Of a stretch of DNA of 64,000 bases, positions 20,908 to 30,633 are shown one piece after another. This DNA comes from an uncultured Gammaproteobacteria bacterium. Lineage in GTDB: Bacteria > Pseudomonadota > Gammaproteobacteria > Francisellales > CACEW01. The translations under genes were made by a program, and so were the position numbers. The stretch spans positions 52,276 through 116,275 of the forward strand of contig CACEWE010000001.1 in the NCBI GenBank assembly GCA_902563055.1, given 5' to 3'. Each line of letters begins with the position of its first letter. Within the stretch, counting starts at the first letter, position 1. Below the pieces are notes generated by a model that was given only the letters and a program-made list of their open reading frames with translations, did no database searches and was not told the origin of the DNA.

Positions 20908-21969
20908 TTAATCAAGTTTTTTAAAAAACTGCGCTTGGTCCTTTAAGCGAGAGGTGGTTCTTTCAAAGGCCTCCTGCAAGCGCTTTCCTGAATAAAGCGT
21001 CGCTATATCAACGTAGCTAAGCAATATAAGCGGTGTTTTACGATCATAGGCAATATCAACTAGAGACATAAACCGTCTCGCAGCATCATCACCACTAAAG
21101 GTTTTAAGCGAGGAAAGCATAATGCAATCATAGCTATCTACTATAGCCATAAAATCCTCAGGAGCACGCATTTGATGACACAAAGTATCGATTTCAAACC
21201 ATACCAAACGTTTATTATACCCTCTTACAGCAAAAGACCTATGGTTAAATATCTTTATTTGATCAAACTGACTTTGTTCAAATAGTTCTTGGCTATAACT
21301 TGCAAATGTTTCCTCTAGTATAGAATCACGCTCCCCGTGCATTGTAAGTACATAAGGCAATTTATCAAGTGGCGTATGATTGCGATAATCCACATCATGA
21401 TCCATATGAAAGACTTCCATATTTTTTTTGATGTGTTTAATAGCTGGCAAAAATCGATCTCTAGCAAAACCATCTCTATAAAGATCCTCTGGTGCTGTAT
21501 TGCCAGATGTAATAATACTCATGCCCATTTTGGTACTTGTCTCTAAAATATTTTTTAAAAGACTTGCATCGGCAATATCCTCAACTAGAAATTCGTCTAA
21601 AAATAACAAATCTGCTTGTTGCTTAAAACCAGCCATTACCTTTTCAATTGGGTCCCCCCTACCTTGCAAGCTTCTTAATTGTTTATGTACCTGTGCCATA
21701 AAAGTATAAAAGTGCATCCTAACGCACCTATGAGGATAATGATTTAAGAACAAATCCAGAAGCATCGTTTTACCCACACCAACCTTGCCATAGACATAAA
21801 TACCAGCTGGTACTTTTTGTTTCTTCATAAACCACAAACTCTTTTCTTTAAAACTTATACACTGCAGTAAAAAAGCTTGAAGCACGTTGACAAAAGCCGC
21901 CTGAGCCGGATCTTTTTTCAACTTTCCACTTTGCACTTTATCTTCATAATCTTGCAACAATGCACTCAT
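20908..21969 (-). CDS. zapE: cell division protein ZapE (AFG1-like ATPase)
   Basis: Walker A YGKVGVGKTMLLDLF and Walker B LLFLDEF. 353 aa. Confidence 0.85.
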   Translation of the reverse strand: MSALLQDYEDKVQSGKLKKDPAQAAFVNVLQAFLLQCISFKEKSLWFMKKQKVPAGIYVYGKVGVGKTMLLDLFLNHYPHRCVRMHFYTFMAQVHKQLRSLQGRGDPIEKVMAGFKQQADLLFLDEFLVEDIADASLLKNILETSTKMGMSIITSGNTAPEDLYRDGFARDRFLPAIKHIKKNMEVFHMDHDVDYRNHTPLDKLPYVLTMHGERDSILEETFASYSQELFEQSQFDQIKIFNHRSFAVRGYNKRLVWFEIDTLCHQMRAPEDFMAIVDSYDCIMLSSLKTFSGDDAARRFMSLVDIAYDRKTPLILLSYVDIATLYSGKRLQEAFERTTSRLKDQAQFFKKLD

Positions 21970-22550
21970 AGCAAAGCTCCTTGCTCACATTGTAAAGAGC
22001 TAAAAAAATAGGGCCAATCAAAATGCGGTCCCGGATCGGTTTTGCGCCCAGGGGCAATGGTACTGTGACCGACTATACGCTCTGTAGTGATGGCAGGATA
22101 GCGTGATAAAATAGCGGCAGTTAAATGCACCAAGCTTTGATATTGCGCCTTGGTAAAAGGACAATCATCACTGCCATGCAGCTCGATACCAACAGCATAA
22201 TCATTACAATTGTCTTTACCTAAAAATGAAGAAATACCTGCATGCCAAGCTCTATCTTCAGTACTGACAAACTGATAGAGCGCACCATCACGCGCAATTA
22301 AAAAATGCGCTGAAACCCGAAGTTTACTCAAAGCCTTAAAATCAGGATGGGTGCCAGAATCCAGCTGACCCAACATAAGGTCAAGCACCGGATCAATGCT
22401 GGAAAGATCCCCCTTTGGCAAATGAATATTATGCAGCACCAAAAGATCAATCATTGTATCTTTTGGTCTTTGATTAAAATGGCCACTTTTATGATGTTTT
22501 GCTTCCTCTAGCCAGCCATCTGCTGATAATGAATATTTTTCTTGCCTCAT
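21966..22550 (-). CDS. ampD: 1,6-anhydro-N-acetylmuramyl-L-alanine amidase
   Basis: Amidase_2 motifs AWHAG, GIELHG and GHSTIAPGRKTDPGPHFDW. The start is trimmed to Met23 of the tracked ORF. Confidence 0.85.
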   Translation of the reverse strand: MRQEKYSLSADGWLEEAKHHKSGHFNQRPKDTMIDLLVLHNIHLPKGDLSSIDPVLDLMLGQLDSGTHPDFKALSKLRVSAHFLIARDGALYQFVSTEDRAWHAGISSFLGKDNCNDYAVGIELHGSDDCPFTKAQYQSLVHLTAAILSRYPAITTERIVGHSTIAPGRKTDPGPHFDWPYFFSSLQCEQGALL

Positions 22551-22589
22551 AGCGATCGCCTCTTTTATGATAGTCCCTAGTATAGCAAG

Positions 22590-23132
22590 ATGATAAATTT
22601 TAGCATGCCCTATCAAGCACCCCCTCCTCCTAAAATCCCTAAGGGTTGGTTTATTGCCCTAGCTTGGCTTTTTCTACTGATTATACTTTATTCCATTGCC
22701 AACCCCATTTTAGAAAGACAACTCTACCCTAAAGTTCAGTACAAAAACCAACAAGGCCAACATGAAGTCATTATCCCAAGCAATGCCATCCACAGCTTTC
22801 ATGTTCCTGGGACTATAAACGATATACCTGTGCATTTTGTTGTCGATACGGGCGCCAGTATTGTTACAGTCCCAGAGAACGTGGCAAAAAAAACCAAATT
22901 AAAAAAGGGTATCATGCACCAAGCACAAACGGCCAGTGATATTATTACCGTACACCAAACTATGATAAAAAAACTGCAAATTGGCTCTATTACGCTCTAT
23001 AACATCCGTGCGACTATCAATCCTCACTCCCACTCCAATGATGTACTTCTGGGAATGAGTGCTTTAAAGCATCTTAAGGTTCAGCTTAAAGATGGCTATA
23101 TGATCCTCAGCCAAGCGCAATCCTCTTATTGA
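22590..23132 (+). CDS. membrane-anchored retropepsin-like (clan AA) aspartic protease
   Basis: N-terminal TM segment, catalytic FVVDTGASIVTV, and LLGMSALKHL near the C-terminus. Confidence 0.75.
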   Translation: MINFSMPYQAPPPPKIPKGWFIALAWLFLLIILYSIANPILERQLYPKVQYKNQQGQHEVIIPSNAIHSFHVPGTINDIPVHFVVDTGASIVTVPENVAKKTKLKKGIMHQAQTASDIITVHQTMIKKLQIGSITLYNIRATINPHSHSNDVLLGMSALKHLKVQLKDGYMILSQAQSSY

Positions 23133-23190
23133 GCTTATTTATGAGTGCCGTTATAATAGCGAGCTAAACTTAGATATAAAGGTTTTACCC

Positions 23191-23820
23191 ATGGCTAAAT
23201 TACACTTTTATTACTCAACCATGAATGCTGGTAAAACCACTACCTTGCTCCAAGCAAACCACAATTACCGTGAGCGTGGCATGCATACTTTTTTATTAAC
23301 GCCAGACCTAAACAAACGCGATGGCGAAAATCAAATTAAGTCCAGAGTGGGCCTTCAAGCACCTGCCTATGCCTTTAGTAAAAAAGAAAATATTTATGAA
23401 ACCGTTTTTTTGCATCATAAACAGCAAAGCATTGACTGTGTTTTTGTTGATGAAGCGCAATTTTTATCCAAGAATCAAGTTTACCAATTAACCGAAGTGG
23501 TTGATCGGCTTAACATTCCTGTTTTAGCGTATGGTTTGCGTAATGATTTTCAGGGTGAGCCCTTTGAAGGCAGCTGCTATCTCCTTAACTGGGCTGAATC
23601 TTTAACTGAAATTAAAACCATATGTCACTGTGGCAAAAAAGCCACCCAGGTGCTTCGGGTTGACCAAAACGGCCGTCCTATTGCCAAAGGATCGCAAATT
23701 GAAATCGGTGGTAACGATCGCTATGTTGCAGTATGCCGCGTACACTTTAAAAAACGCGACACTGGACCGCTGTTTATTCCACAAATGCAATTAGATATTC
23801 AAACCACCCAAAAAGCTTAA
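23191..23820 (+). CDS. tdk: thymidine kinase
   Basis: LHFYYSTMNAGKTTTLLQ P-loop, VDEAQF, and zinc-ribbon cysteines CHCGKKAT...VCRVH. Confidence 0.93.
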   Translation: MAKLHFYYSTMNAGKTTTLLQANHNYRERGMHTFLLTPDLNKRDGENQIKSRVGLQAPAYAFSKKENIYETVFLHHKQQSIDCVFVDEAQFLSKNQVYQLTEVVDRLNIPVLAYGLRNDFQGEPFEGSCYLLNWAESLTEIKTICHCGKKATQVLRVDQNGRPIAKGSQIEIGGNDRYVAVCRVHFKKRDTGPLFIPQMQLDIQTTQKA

Positions 23821-24656
23821 GCAATAGAATCCATAGCTTCAGGAAACTCCAAAGTAAGTACCCCCAAACGCCCCAGACGCACATCTTGTAAAAAACGCTG
23901 CGCAAATTGTTGATAATCAATATGGGCGGACTTTTGCGCCCCAAGTTTTTTTGCAATCTTGGCAATAGAAGACTCCAAGTCTTTATCTTTTGGATCAATT
24001 TCATACCGCATTTCTAGCTTATCTGGGTGATGCGCTAATAAAAACTCCGCTAAAAAATAGGCAATATCTTGCTCATCGTACACTTTATCGCTGATAGCTT
24101 TGATAAATGCCAGTAAAAAACCACTATTTTCATCCTGGACCTTGGTGAGCATTACACCAGGGCTATCGTACAAATACGTATGATCATCATATTTAATTCT
24201 GGCAATTTGCCGAGTTAATGCAGGTGAATTCGCAACTTTCTGGGCTTTTTTACCAAGTAGCGCATTAATAAGTGTAGATTTTCCAACATTAGGTACCCCA
24301 ATAGCTAAAATAGAGCGCTTTTCAATCTGATCCTGTAGCTTGGGCAAAATATTTTGAATATTTTTAGCAATTTTATCGCTACTAGATTTATCATTGCAAT
24401 TTGCCGCCATGGCATAAAAGCCTTTTCGCTTATAGTACTGCATCCATGCCTGGGTTTGTTTAGGGTCGGCCAAATCCTCTTTGTTTAAAATAATAAGACA
24501 AGCTTGCCCGGCAATCATCTCTTCTAACATGGGATTAAAACTTGCCCTAGGAGCGCGCGCATCAACAATCATCACCACCAAATCTATTTTTTTGACCAAG
24601 CCTTTAAGCTGTAAAAATGTTCGCCGCATATGCCCTGGAAACCAATTGATTGTCAT
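23817..24656 (-). CDS. rbgA: ribosome biogenesis GTPase A (YlqF/RbgA)
   Basis: INWFPGHM start and circularly permuted GTPase order: NKEDL (G4) precedes GVPNVGKSTLIN (G1) and DSPG (G3). Confidence 0.85.
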   Translation of the reverse strand: MTINWFPGHMRRTFLQLKGLVKKIDLVVMIVDARAPRASFNPMLEEMIAGQACLIILNKEDLADPKQTQAWMQYYKRKGFYAMAANCNDKSSSDKIAKNIQNILPKLQDQIEKRSILAIGVPNVGKSTLINALLGKKAQKVANSPALTRQIARIKYDDHTYLYDSPGVMLTKVQDENSGFLLAFIKAISDKVYDEQDIAYFLAEFLLAHHPDKLEMRYEIDPKDKDLESSIAKIAKKLGAQKSAHIDYQQFAQRFLQDVRLGRLGVLTLEFPEAMDSIA

Positions 24657-24744
24657 AATTGTACTCCTGTGCTCAAAGCGATTTTCATCTTATTAAAGAT
24701 TTGTTATACTATGCGGAAAATCAAAGTACAAGGAAAGTGCGCTC

Positions 24745-25278
24745 ATGTCAAATATGGAACTGATCTCTATGGCAGAAAGTAGAATCAAACCCTTTATTGA
24801 ATATTCTATCAACGAATATGCACAGGCCATGGTGCTTTCTGATGAATATAACAACGACAAAATACCGCAGAAGCTCTCTCGCCAAGAAGTAATGAGTTAT
24901 TTTATCAATGGCAAGCTTTTGCCCAATGAAAACCTTATGAATATCACTGTGGATGATGAAATTGTTGGTAATTTATGGGTATCACTTTCCAAACGCGAAG
25001 GACAAACCCGGGCGTTTTTAACTTGGATTGATATCAGCCCAGATTTTCGCCGCAAAGGCTATGCCAAAGAGGCATTAGAGCTGATGGAACAGCGTCTGCG
25101 CTCTATTGGAGCGCACTATTTTGAACTGAGCGTTTTTGCCCATAATACCGGCGCACAAAAGCTTTACCTAGACTTAGGCTTTACCATCACAAAAGAGCGG
25201 CGCTTTGGCCACAGTCAAAAGCCTAGCCGCATAACCATGACCAAATATCTTATTGCTAATGCGCTCTTTAACTCTTAA
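24745..25278 (+). CDS. GNAT-family N-acetyltransferase
   Basis: Acetyl-CoA motif RRKGYAKEAL and a GF fold signature near the C-terminus. Confidence 0.7.
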   Translation: MSNMELISMAESRIKPFIEYSINEYAQAMVLSDEYNNDKIPQKLSRQEVMSYFINGKLLPNENLMNITVDDEIVGNLWVSLSKREGQTRAFLTWIDISPDFRRKGYAKEALELMEQRLRSIGAHYFELSVFAHNTGAQKLYLDLGFTITKERRFGHSQKPSRITMTKYLIANALFNS

Positions 25279-25310
25279 ACTTTATGCAAGCTTTTAAAAT
25301 GCCCTAAGCT

Positions 25311-25976
25311 GTGGATATTAAAAAAAATTACCAAACCATTGTTAACACTTTAGCGATACAACACTCAAAAGCAGATATTATTGCTGTAAGTAAAAAGCTT
25401 CCCATAAAAACCATCAAAGAAGCCTATGAGGCAGGCATCAAAAACTTTGGAGAAAATTACCTTCAAGAGGCCATAGAAAAAATACAAGCGCTAAAGGATC
25501 TTAAAATCTGCTGGCACTATATCGGCAGCATTCAATCTAATAAGACCAAAGGCATTGCTCAATATTTTGATTGGGTCCACAGTGTGGATAGTCTCAAAAT
25601 TGCTCAAAAACTCAATCATCATCGCCAAGGAGCACCTTCCCCTCTAAAAACCTTAGTCATGGTCAATATTGACCACAGCCCATCCAAGTCTGGCATCCTG
25701 CCAGGACCTGAGCTTGATAGCCTCCTTGCTTATATCCACGAAGCGGCACACCTGGAGCTTTGTGGCCTGATGTGTATGCCCGATTTACATACGCCGCACA
25801 AACAAGGATATTTCTTTCAAGCCATGCAAAAACTTCAGGGCCACTACCAAGCACAGTTTGGTTCTTGTATGCAACATTTATCTATGGGCACCAGCCAAGA
25901 CTATCTTATTGCAGCTATGCATGGCGCCACCATGCTGCGCCTTGGTACGAGCTTACTTGGACCAAGACCAGCCTAA
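25311..25976 (+). CDS. yggS: YggS-family pyridoxal-phosphate homeostasis protein
   Basis: AVSKKLPIKTIKEAYEAGIKNFGENYLQEA with the PLP lysine, a GTG start, and position upstream of proC-yggT. Confidence 0.85.
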   Translation: MDIKKNYQTIVNTLAIQHSKADIIAVSKKLPIKTIKEAYEAGIKNFGENYLQEAIEKIQALKDLKICWHYIGSIQSNKTKGIAQYFDWVHSVDSLKIAQKLNHHRQGAPSPLKTLVMVNIDHSPSKSGILPGPELDSLLAYIHEAAHLELCGLMCMPDLHTPHKQGYFFQAMQKLQGHYQAQFGSCMQHLSMGTSQDYLIAAMHGATMLRLGTSLLGPRPA

Positions 25977-26041
25977 TGGTATTGCATCCATCACCCTAAA
26001 TCGATACACTGTAATGACTTTTAGCTTAAAAGGAAAAGCGG

Positions 26042-26884
26042 ATGCAAAAGAAAATCTGTATAATTGGTGGAGGCCATATGGCGCGGTGTTTTTTGCATGG
26101 CTTTATTCAAAGCAACTATGCCCCACATTTGATTAGTGTAATAGACCACAATGAAGAAAAACGCCGGTATCTGCAAGAACAATACCATGTTGAAACATTT
26201 GAACATATAAGCAAACTCACACATAAGATAGATATCTATATTCTAGCTGTTGCACCAAAAGACATTGAACCTTTAAGCAGACATTTTTCACTTGCCAAGG
26301 ATGCCTTACTTATCTCTCTTGCAGCAGGCGTGCAATTACAAAGTTTAATGGAATATTTTGGGAATCAACGCGCTATTATCCGCGCTATGCCCAATATTAA
26401 TGCCGAAGTTTTATGCTCTGCCACAGGGCTATGTAGCAACAGTTATTGCACTGAAAATAACCATCAAGATGCCGAGCATCTCTTTCGCGCTATTGGTATC
26501 TGCCATTGGCTAGAGAATGAATCCCATATGGATGTTTTTACTGCAGTGTTAGGCAGTGGACCAGCCTATTTTTTCTCGCTTATGGAAAAAATGCACCACA
26601 GTGCTGTAGCACTTGGCATAGACCCAGAAGCCTCCAGCACGCTTATCAAACAATTAGCACTGGGGTCAAGCAAACTTACAGTGGGTAAAAAAACTGATTT
26701 TACAACGCTTAAACGCCAAGTTATTTCAGAAGGCGGCACCACGCATGCTGCGATGGAGTCACTAAAGGAAAACCATTTTGACGCAACCATTGCTAAAGCG
26801 ATTGCAGCCTCTATTGAGCGTGCCAAAGCACTTGGACAAGGAAACATTCAAAATAAGAAATTAACCCATAAGGAAGATAAATGA
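26042..26884 (+). CDS. proC: pyrroline-5-carboxylate reductase
   Basis: ICIIGGGHMA Rossmann start and SEGGTTHAAMESL motif. Confidence 0.85.
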   Translation: MQKKICIIGGGHMARCFLHGFIQSNYAPHLISVIDHNEEKRRYLQEQYHVETFEHISKLTHKIDIYILAVAPKDIEPLSRHFSLAKDALLISLAAGVQLQSLMEYFGNQRAIIRAMPNINAEVLCSATGLCSNSYCTENNHQDAEHLFRAIGICHWLENESHMDVFTAVLGSGPAYFFSLMEKMHHSAVALGIDPEASSTLIKQLALGSSKLTVGKKTDFTTLKRQVISEGGTTHAAMESLKENHFDATIAKAIAASIERAKALGQGNIQNKKLTHKEDK

Positions 26885-27444
26885 GCATTATCTTAAGTCT
26901 TTTAACTATGCTGATCAAACTTGCAGCAGGACTTTTTATTACCTTGGTCTTTTTACGCTTTTTATTACAACTAGCTAAAGCAGATTTTTATAATCCTTTG
27001 TGTCAAATTCTCATTCAATACACCAACCCCCTACTTCGCCCCTTACGGCGCATTATTCCTGGCTACTTCGGTATGGACTTAGCAGCCTTGGTCCTGATGT
27101 ATAGCGTTAATCTTACCATGTTTTTAATGCTTTTTGGACTGCATGGCATAATGCCCTCTTGGCCTATTTTTCTTATTGCGCTACTAGACTTAATCATTCA
27201 TATGGCCTATGTCCTGATTTTTATTCTTTTAATAATGGTTTTGATGAGCTTCTTCCAAGCCAATCCTCAAAACCCTGCAACTATACTCCTGCATCAAGCA
27301 AGCTCCTATGTGCTTGCACCGATTCGAAAAAGATTAAAATTTGGCGGCCCAATTGATTTCTCACCCATGATTGCAATGTTAGTACTATTTGCAATCATCA
27401 CCATTTCTTATGGCTTGATGCCTGTAAGCTTGATTGGAACATGA
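26881..27444 (+). CDS. yggT: YggT-family membrane protein
   Basis: Four TM segments, duplicated YggT-type PLLRPLRRIIP / LAPIRKRLKFGGPIDFSP motifs, and ATGA overlap with proC. Confidence 0.75.
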   Translation: MSIILSLLTMLIKLAAGLFITLVFLRFLLQLAKADFYNPLCQILIQYTNPLLRPLRRIIPGYFGMDLAALVLMYSVNLTMFLMLFGLHGIMPSWPIFLIALLDLIIHMAYVLIFILLIMVLMSFFQANPQNPATILLHQASSYVLAPIRKRLKFGGPIDFSPMIAMLVLFAIITISYGLMPVSLIGT

Positions 27445-27448
27445 TCAG

Positions 27449-27475
27449 AAAAAAGCCTTTTGCAGGCTTGTTTAG
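27449..27475 (+). terminator. probable rho-independent terminator after yggT
   Basis: Stem aagcct / aggctt with loop tttgc, followed by a T-rich tract. Confidence 0.5.
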
Positions 27476-27541
27476 TTGCATCCCCTATCAAGATTAGGTA
27501 TGATAGCCGATTAATGAAATAGCACACATAAAGGACCCTAC

Positions 27542-28216
27542 ATGAGCAAGCTTATTTTACTCCGCCACGGCGAATCATTATGGAATAAAGCTAATCTTTT
27601 TACTGGCTGGGTAGATGTACCCTTATCTGAAAACGGTATCCAAGAAGCCATTGATGCTGGCACCCGCCTAAAAGACATGCCGATTGATATTATCTTCACC
27701 TCAACTTTAATGCGCGCTAAACAAACCGCGATGCTTGCCCTAAGTCGACACAGCAGTGGCAAAACACCCATTATGCAAGCCCATGATGATCAACACCACC
27801 AATGGAATAAAATATATTCAAGCCAAACCCAACAAAATACCATTCCCGCTCACGCCGACTGGCGCTTAAATGAGCGATACTATGGTGCCTTACAAGGCTG
27901 CAATAAAGATGAAACCAGAGCTAAATACGGTGAAGAACAAGTAAAAATTTGGCGCCGTAGCTATGATATCTCCCCACCAGATGGGGAAAGCTTACAAACT
28001 ACGGTACAACGTACCCTACCATGCTTTCAAGAACGCATAGAGCCAGAACTGGAAAAAGGCAGTCATGTCTTAGTGGCAGCCCATGGAAATTCCTTGCGCT
28101 CTATTGTAATGCACTTAGAAAAGCTCTCCAGCGAAGAGATCTTATCTCTTGAGCTGCCTACCGGTCAGCCACGCATCTATAGCTACAACCAGGGAAGCTA
28201 TACCTTAGAAAAATAA
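27542..28216 (+). CDS. gpmA: 2,3-bisphosphoglycerate-dependent phosphoglycerate mutase
   Basis: LILLRHGESLWNKANLFTGWVDVPLSENG with the catalytic RHG, and AAHGNSLR near the C-terminus. Confidence 0.93.
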   Translation: MSKLILLRHGESLWNKANLFTGWVDVPLSENGIQEAIDAGTRLKDMPIDIIFTSTLMRAKQTAMLALSRHSSGKTPIMQAHDDQHHQWNKIYSSQTQQNTIPAHADWRLNERYYGALQGCNKDETRAKYGEEQVKIWRRSYDISPPDGESLQTTVQRTLPCFQERIEPELEKGSHVLVAAHGNSLRSIVMHLEKLSSEEILSLELPTGQPRIYSYNQGSYTLEK

Positions 28217-28432
28217 ATAGTAAAGATATACCCTCCTAAACCAAACCAACACAAAACAGTCAACCATAAAAAAATAAATGGTTGTCAGTTGTGTTTTACT
28301 GTGCTACAACTATTTATCAGCCAATAAAAACAATAAGCCATCAGCTACACACTAGTATGACCATATTTTTTTAAAGATATTGCATAACATCAGCATATAT
28401 CTTTTTAAAGATGATACTTAAAGGGGGGAATA

Positions 28433-28894
28433 ATGAAGAGACGCTTACCAAAAATCTTTAAAGACTTATCCCTACTAACAACGCAAAAGTATATAAAAGC
28501 CCCAAATTCTCCAAGTATTATGAGCCCACCAGGCACCGCATTAGAAGATTGTGACTCACCTAATCTCTATAAAAGATCTCAGTTTAATTTTTACAAAAGC
28601 TATACCCAAGTTCCTGGAAGTGATCAAGATGATCAAGCCAAGAATCAAAATTATAATCCAAGCCCTAGAACACGCATTGAGGCATTTAGGAATAAGAAAA
28701 ACAATGAACTGTTTTCTAAAGCAAAAAGTGAAAGCGGGTCAAGCATTGCCTCTGTTGTGATTGCTGCTGTGGTTTCAGACTGGCTAGACCTTAGTTACAC
28801 CGTCGTTGCAAGTGGTATGGCAATGAGAGATTTAAATAAAGAAAAAAATGAAATCAATGCATTTTGTGATGCTATGGTTGAATATCATAAATAA
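28433..28894 (+). CDS. hypothetical protein (orphan; one C-proximal hydrophobic segment)
   Basis: GGGGGG-containing RBS 5-6 nt upstream of the ATG. No recognisable family motif. Low-GC, with a polar/low-complexity N-terminal half. Confidence 0.5.
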   Translation: MKRRLPKIFKDLSLLTTQKYIKAPNSPSIMSPPGTALEDCDSPNLYKRSQFNFYKSYTQVPGSDQDDQAKNQNYNPSPRTRIEAFRNKKNNELFSKAKSESGSSIASVVIAAVVSDWLDLSYTVVASGMAMRDLNKEKNEINAFCDAMVEYHK

Positions 28895-29072
28895 CGGATC
28901 ACACAAGGATTTATGGCTCAGGTGCATTTAAAGGATCTGGCTTATTTTTCTCTTGCATTTGCTGCCTTAATAAAGCAAAAGCCACAAAAGACTGCACAAT
29001 TATATCTACATCTTCCATATCTATTCCATTAGCCTTTGTTATACCGCCTACAAATTTAAAAACAGTCCAAAA

Positions 29073-29954
29073 TTACACTTTATCTGGCCAGTTAGGCACT
29101 ACTTTAACCCAAAGCTCTAAAAACACCTTATGTTCAAGCATTTTTTCCATTGCTAAGCGCGAGAGCATGGCTATTTCTTTTAAGCGCGCTCCTCTTTTAC
29201 CAATGAGCATCGCCTTTTGCATATCCCGCTCGACAATAATTTGCACCCCAATATGATAAAGCTTTTTTGCCTGCTTATACTCAAAGCGCTCTACTTCTGT
29301 TTTAATACTATAGGGAATTTCCTGGCCCATATGACGAAAACATTGCTCACGCACCAATTCCTGCACCATATACGCATCACTCTTATCGGTAATTTGTGAT
29401 TTATCATACAAGGCTTCTTGCTCTGGAACTGCAGCAATTAAAGCCTCTTCCAAAGGTTTTAAACCATGACCACGCTTGGCAGAAATTGGAATAATTGCTA
29501 GGGGTTGCAACAGCTTTTGATAGGACTCTAAAACCGGTAACAAACTAGCTTTATCATTAATTTGATCGACTTTATTAAGCGCAATAACCACGGGTGTCTT
29601 TCCTGCTGCAAGCTTTTGAGCAATAAAGAGATCATCACTATGTAAGCTCGTATCCACCATCAGCAAACACACATCACTTTGATCTATCGAGGATATGGCT
29701 GCCTGATTCATCACCTGATTAATTCTACGATATTGCTTTTGATGTATTCCTGGGGTATCAATAAAAGCCAATTGTGCATCTTCAAAACTAGCAATTCCAA
29801 GTATTTGCTCTCTTGTGGTTTGAGGTTTTCGTGCAGTAATACTGACCTTTTCACCAATAATACGATTGAGCAAGGTAGACTTACCAATACTAGGACGACC
29901 AATAATTGCAATCGTACCGGCGCGATGGGCTTTATTTTTTTTGCTGGGCATCAT
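29073..29954 (-). CDS. era: GTPase Era
   Basis: GRPSIGKSTLLN, DTPG, NKVD and a C-terminal KH domain. Position in the rnc-era operon. Confidence 0.95.
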   Translation of the reverse strand: MMPSKKNKAHRAGTIAIIGRPSIGKSTLLNRIIGEKVSITARKPQTTREQILGIASFEDAQLAFIDTPGIHQKQYRRINQVMNQAAISSIDQSDVCLLMVDTSLHSDDLFIAQKLAAGKTPVVIALNKVDQINDKASLLPVLESYQKLLQPLAIIPISAKRGHGLKPLEEALIAAVPEQEALYDKSQITDKSDAYMVQELVREQCFRHMGQEIPYSIKTEVERFEYKQAKKLYHIGVQIIVERDMQKAMLIGKRGARLKEIAMLSRLAMEKMLEHKVFLELWVKVVPNWPDKV

Positions 29955-30633
29955 AGGCCTCCAAAGCTAATTGTGCCGCTTGCTGCTCGGCTTGTTTACG
30001 TGAACTACCCGTACCATTAGTGGTAATGTCCAAGTGTTCTAAATAACACTCAACATAAAAGGTTTGACAATGGGGCTCTCCCGTTGTTTTTAGAAGCTTA
30101 TAAGATGGCAAGCCCTTAGAGACTGATTGCAACTTCTCCTGTAATAAGGTCTTGCTGTCCCTGGTATCATGCCCCTTATAACAAGCATCAAGGGCCGTAT
30201 TTAACCATTTTTCTATGCAGGCAGTAACGGTTTGAATATCACTATCTAAATACACCGCAGCCACCAGCGCCTCAAGCGCATTTTCTAAAATAGATGCTCT
30301 GCTAGAACCACCAGACTTCATTTCCCCAGGACCTAATAGCAAGGCATCTGAAAAACCTAAGTCCTTTGCAGCCTTTGCTAAGGATTCGCCATTTACCACA
30401 AAAGCGCGCATTCTTGTAAGGTCACCCTCCTTTGCATAAGGATATTTTTGATACAATAACAAGGCAACGACAAAATTTAAAATTCCATCTCCCAAAAACT
30501 CTAATCTTTCATTATTTTGCGCATGAAAACTACGATGTGACAAAGCTAAAATCAAGTGCTCTTGGTTTTTAAAGTCATAGCCAATCTGCTTGGCAAAGGC
30601 CTCAATTTGGCCTTTTTTTTCTGGAGATATCAC
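29932..30633 (-). CDS. rnc: ribonuclease III
   Basis: NERLEFLGDGILN catalytic signature and a C-terminal dsRBD (GSSRKQAEQQAA). Confidence 0.95.
   Translation of the reverse strand: MISPEKKGQIEAFAKQIGYDFKNQEHLILALSHRSFHAQNNERLEFLGDGILNFVVALLLYQKYPYAKEGDLTRMRAFVVNGESLAKAAKDLGFSDALLLGPGEMKSGGSSRASILENALEALVAAVYLDSDIQTVTACIEKWLNTALDACYKGHDTRDSKTLLQEKLQSVSKGLPSYKLLKTTGEPHCQTFYVECYLEHLDITTNGTGSSRKQAEQQAAQLALEAYDAQQKK

Noticed and set aside
28261-28284. Hairpin caaccat-N10-atggttg after gpmA as a terminator
   Set aside because: It has only a 7-bp A/T-rich stem with a 10-nt loop and an interrupted T tract. It is too weak to list as a feature.
28911-29018. 35-aa minus-strand ORF (MEDVDIIVQSFVAFALLRQQMQEKNKPDPLNAPEP) downstream of era, where recO sits in E. 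coli
   Set aside because: It is too short, has no RBS and shows no resemblance to RecO. It is probably non-coding spacer.
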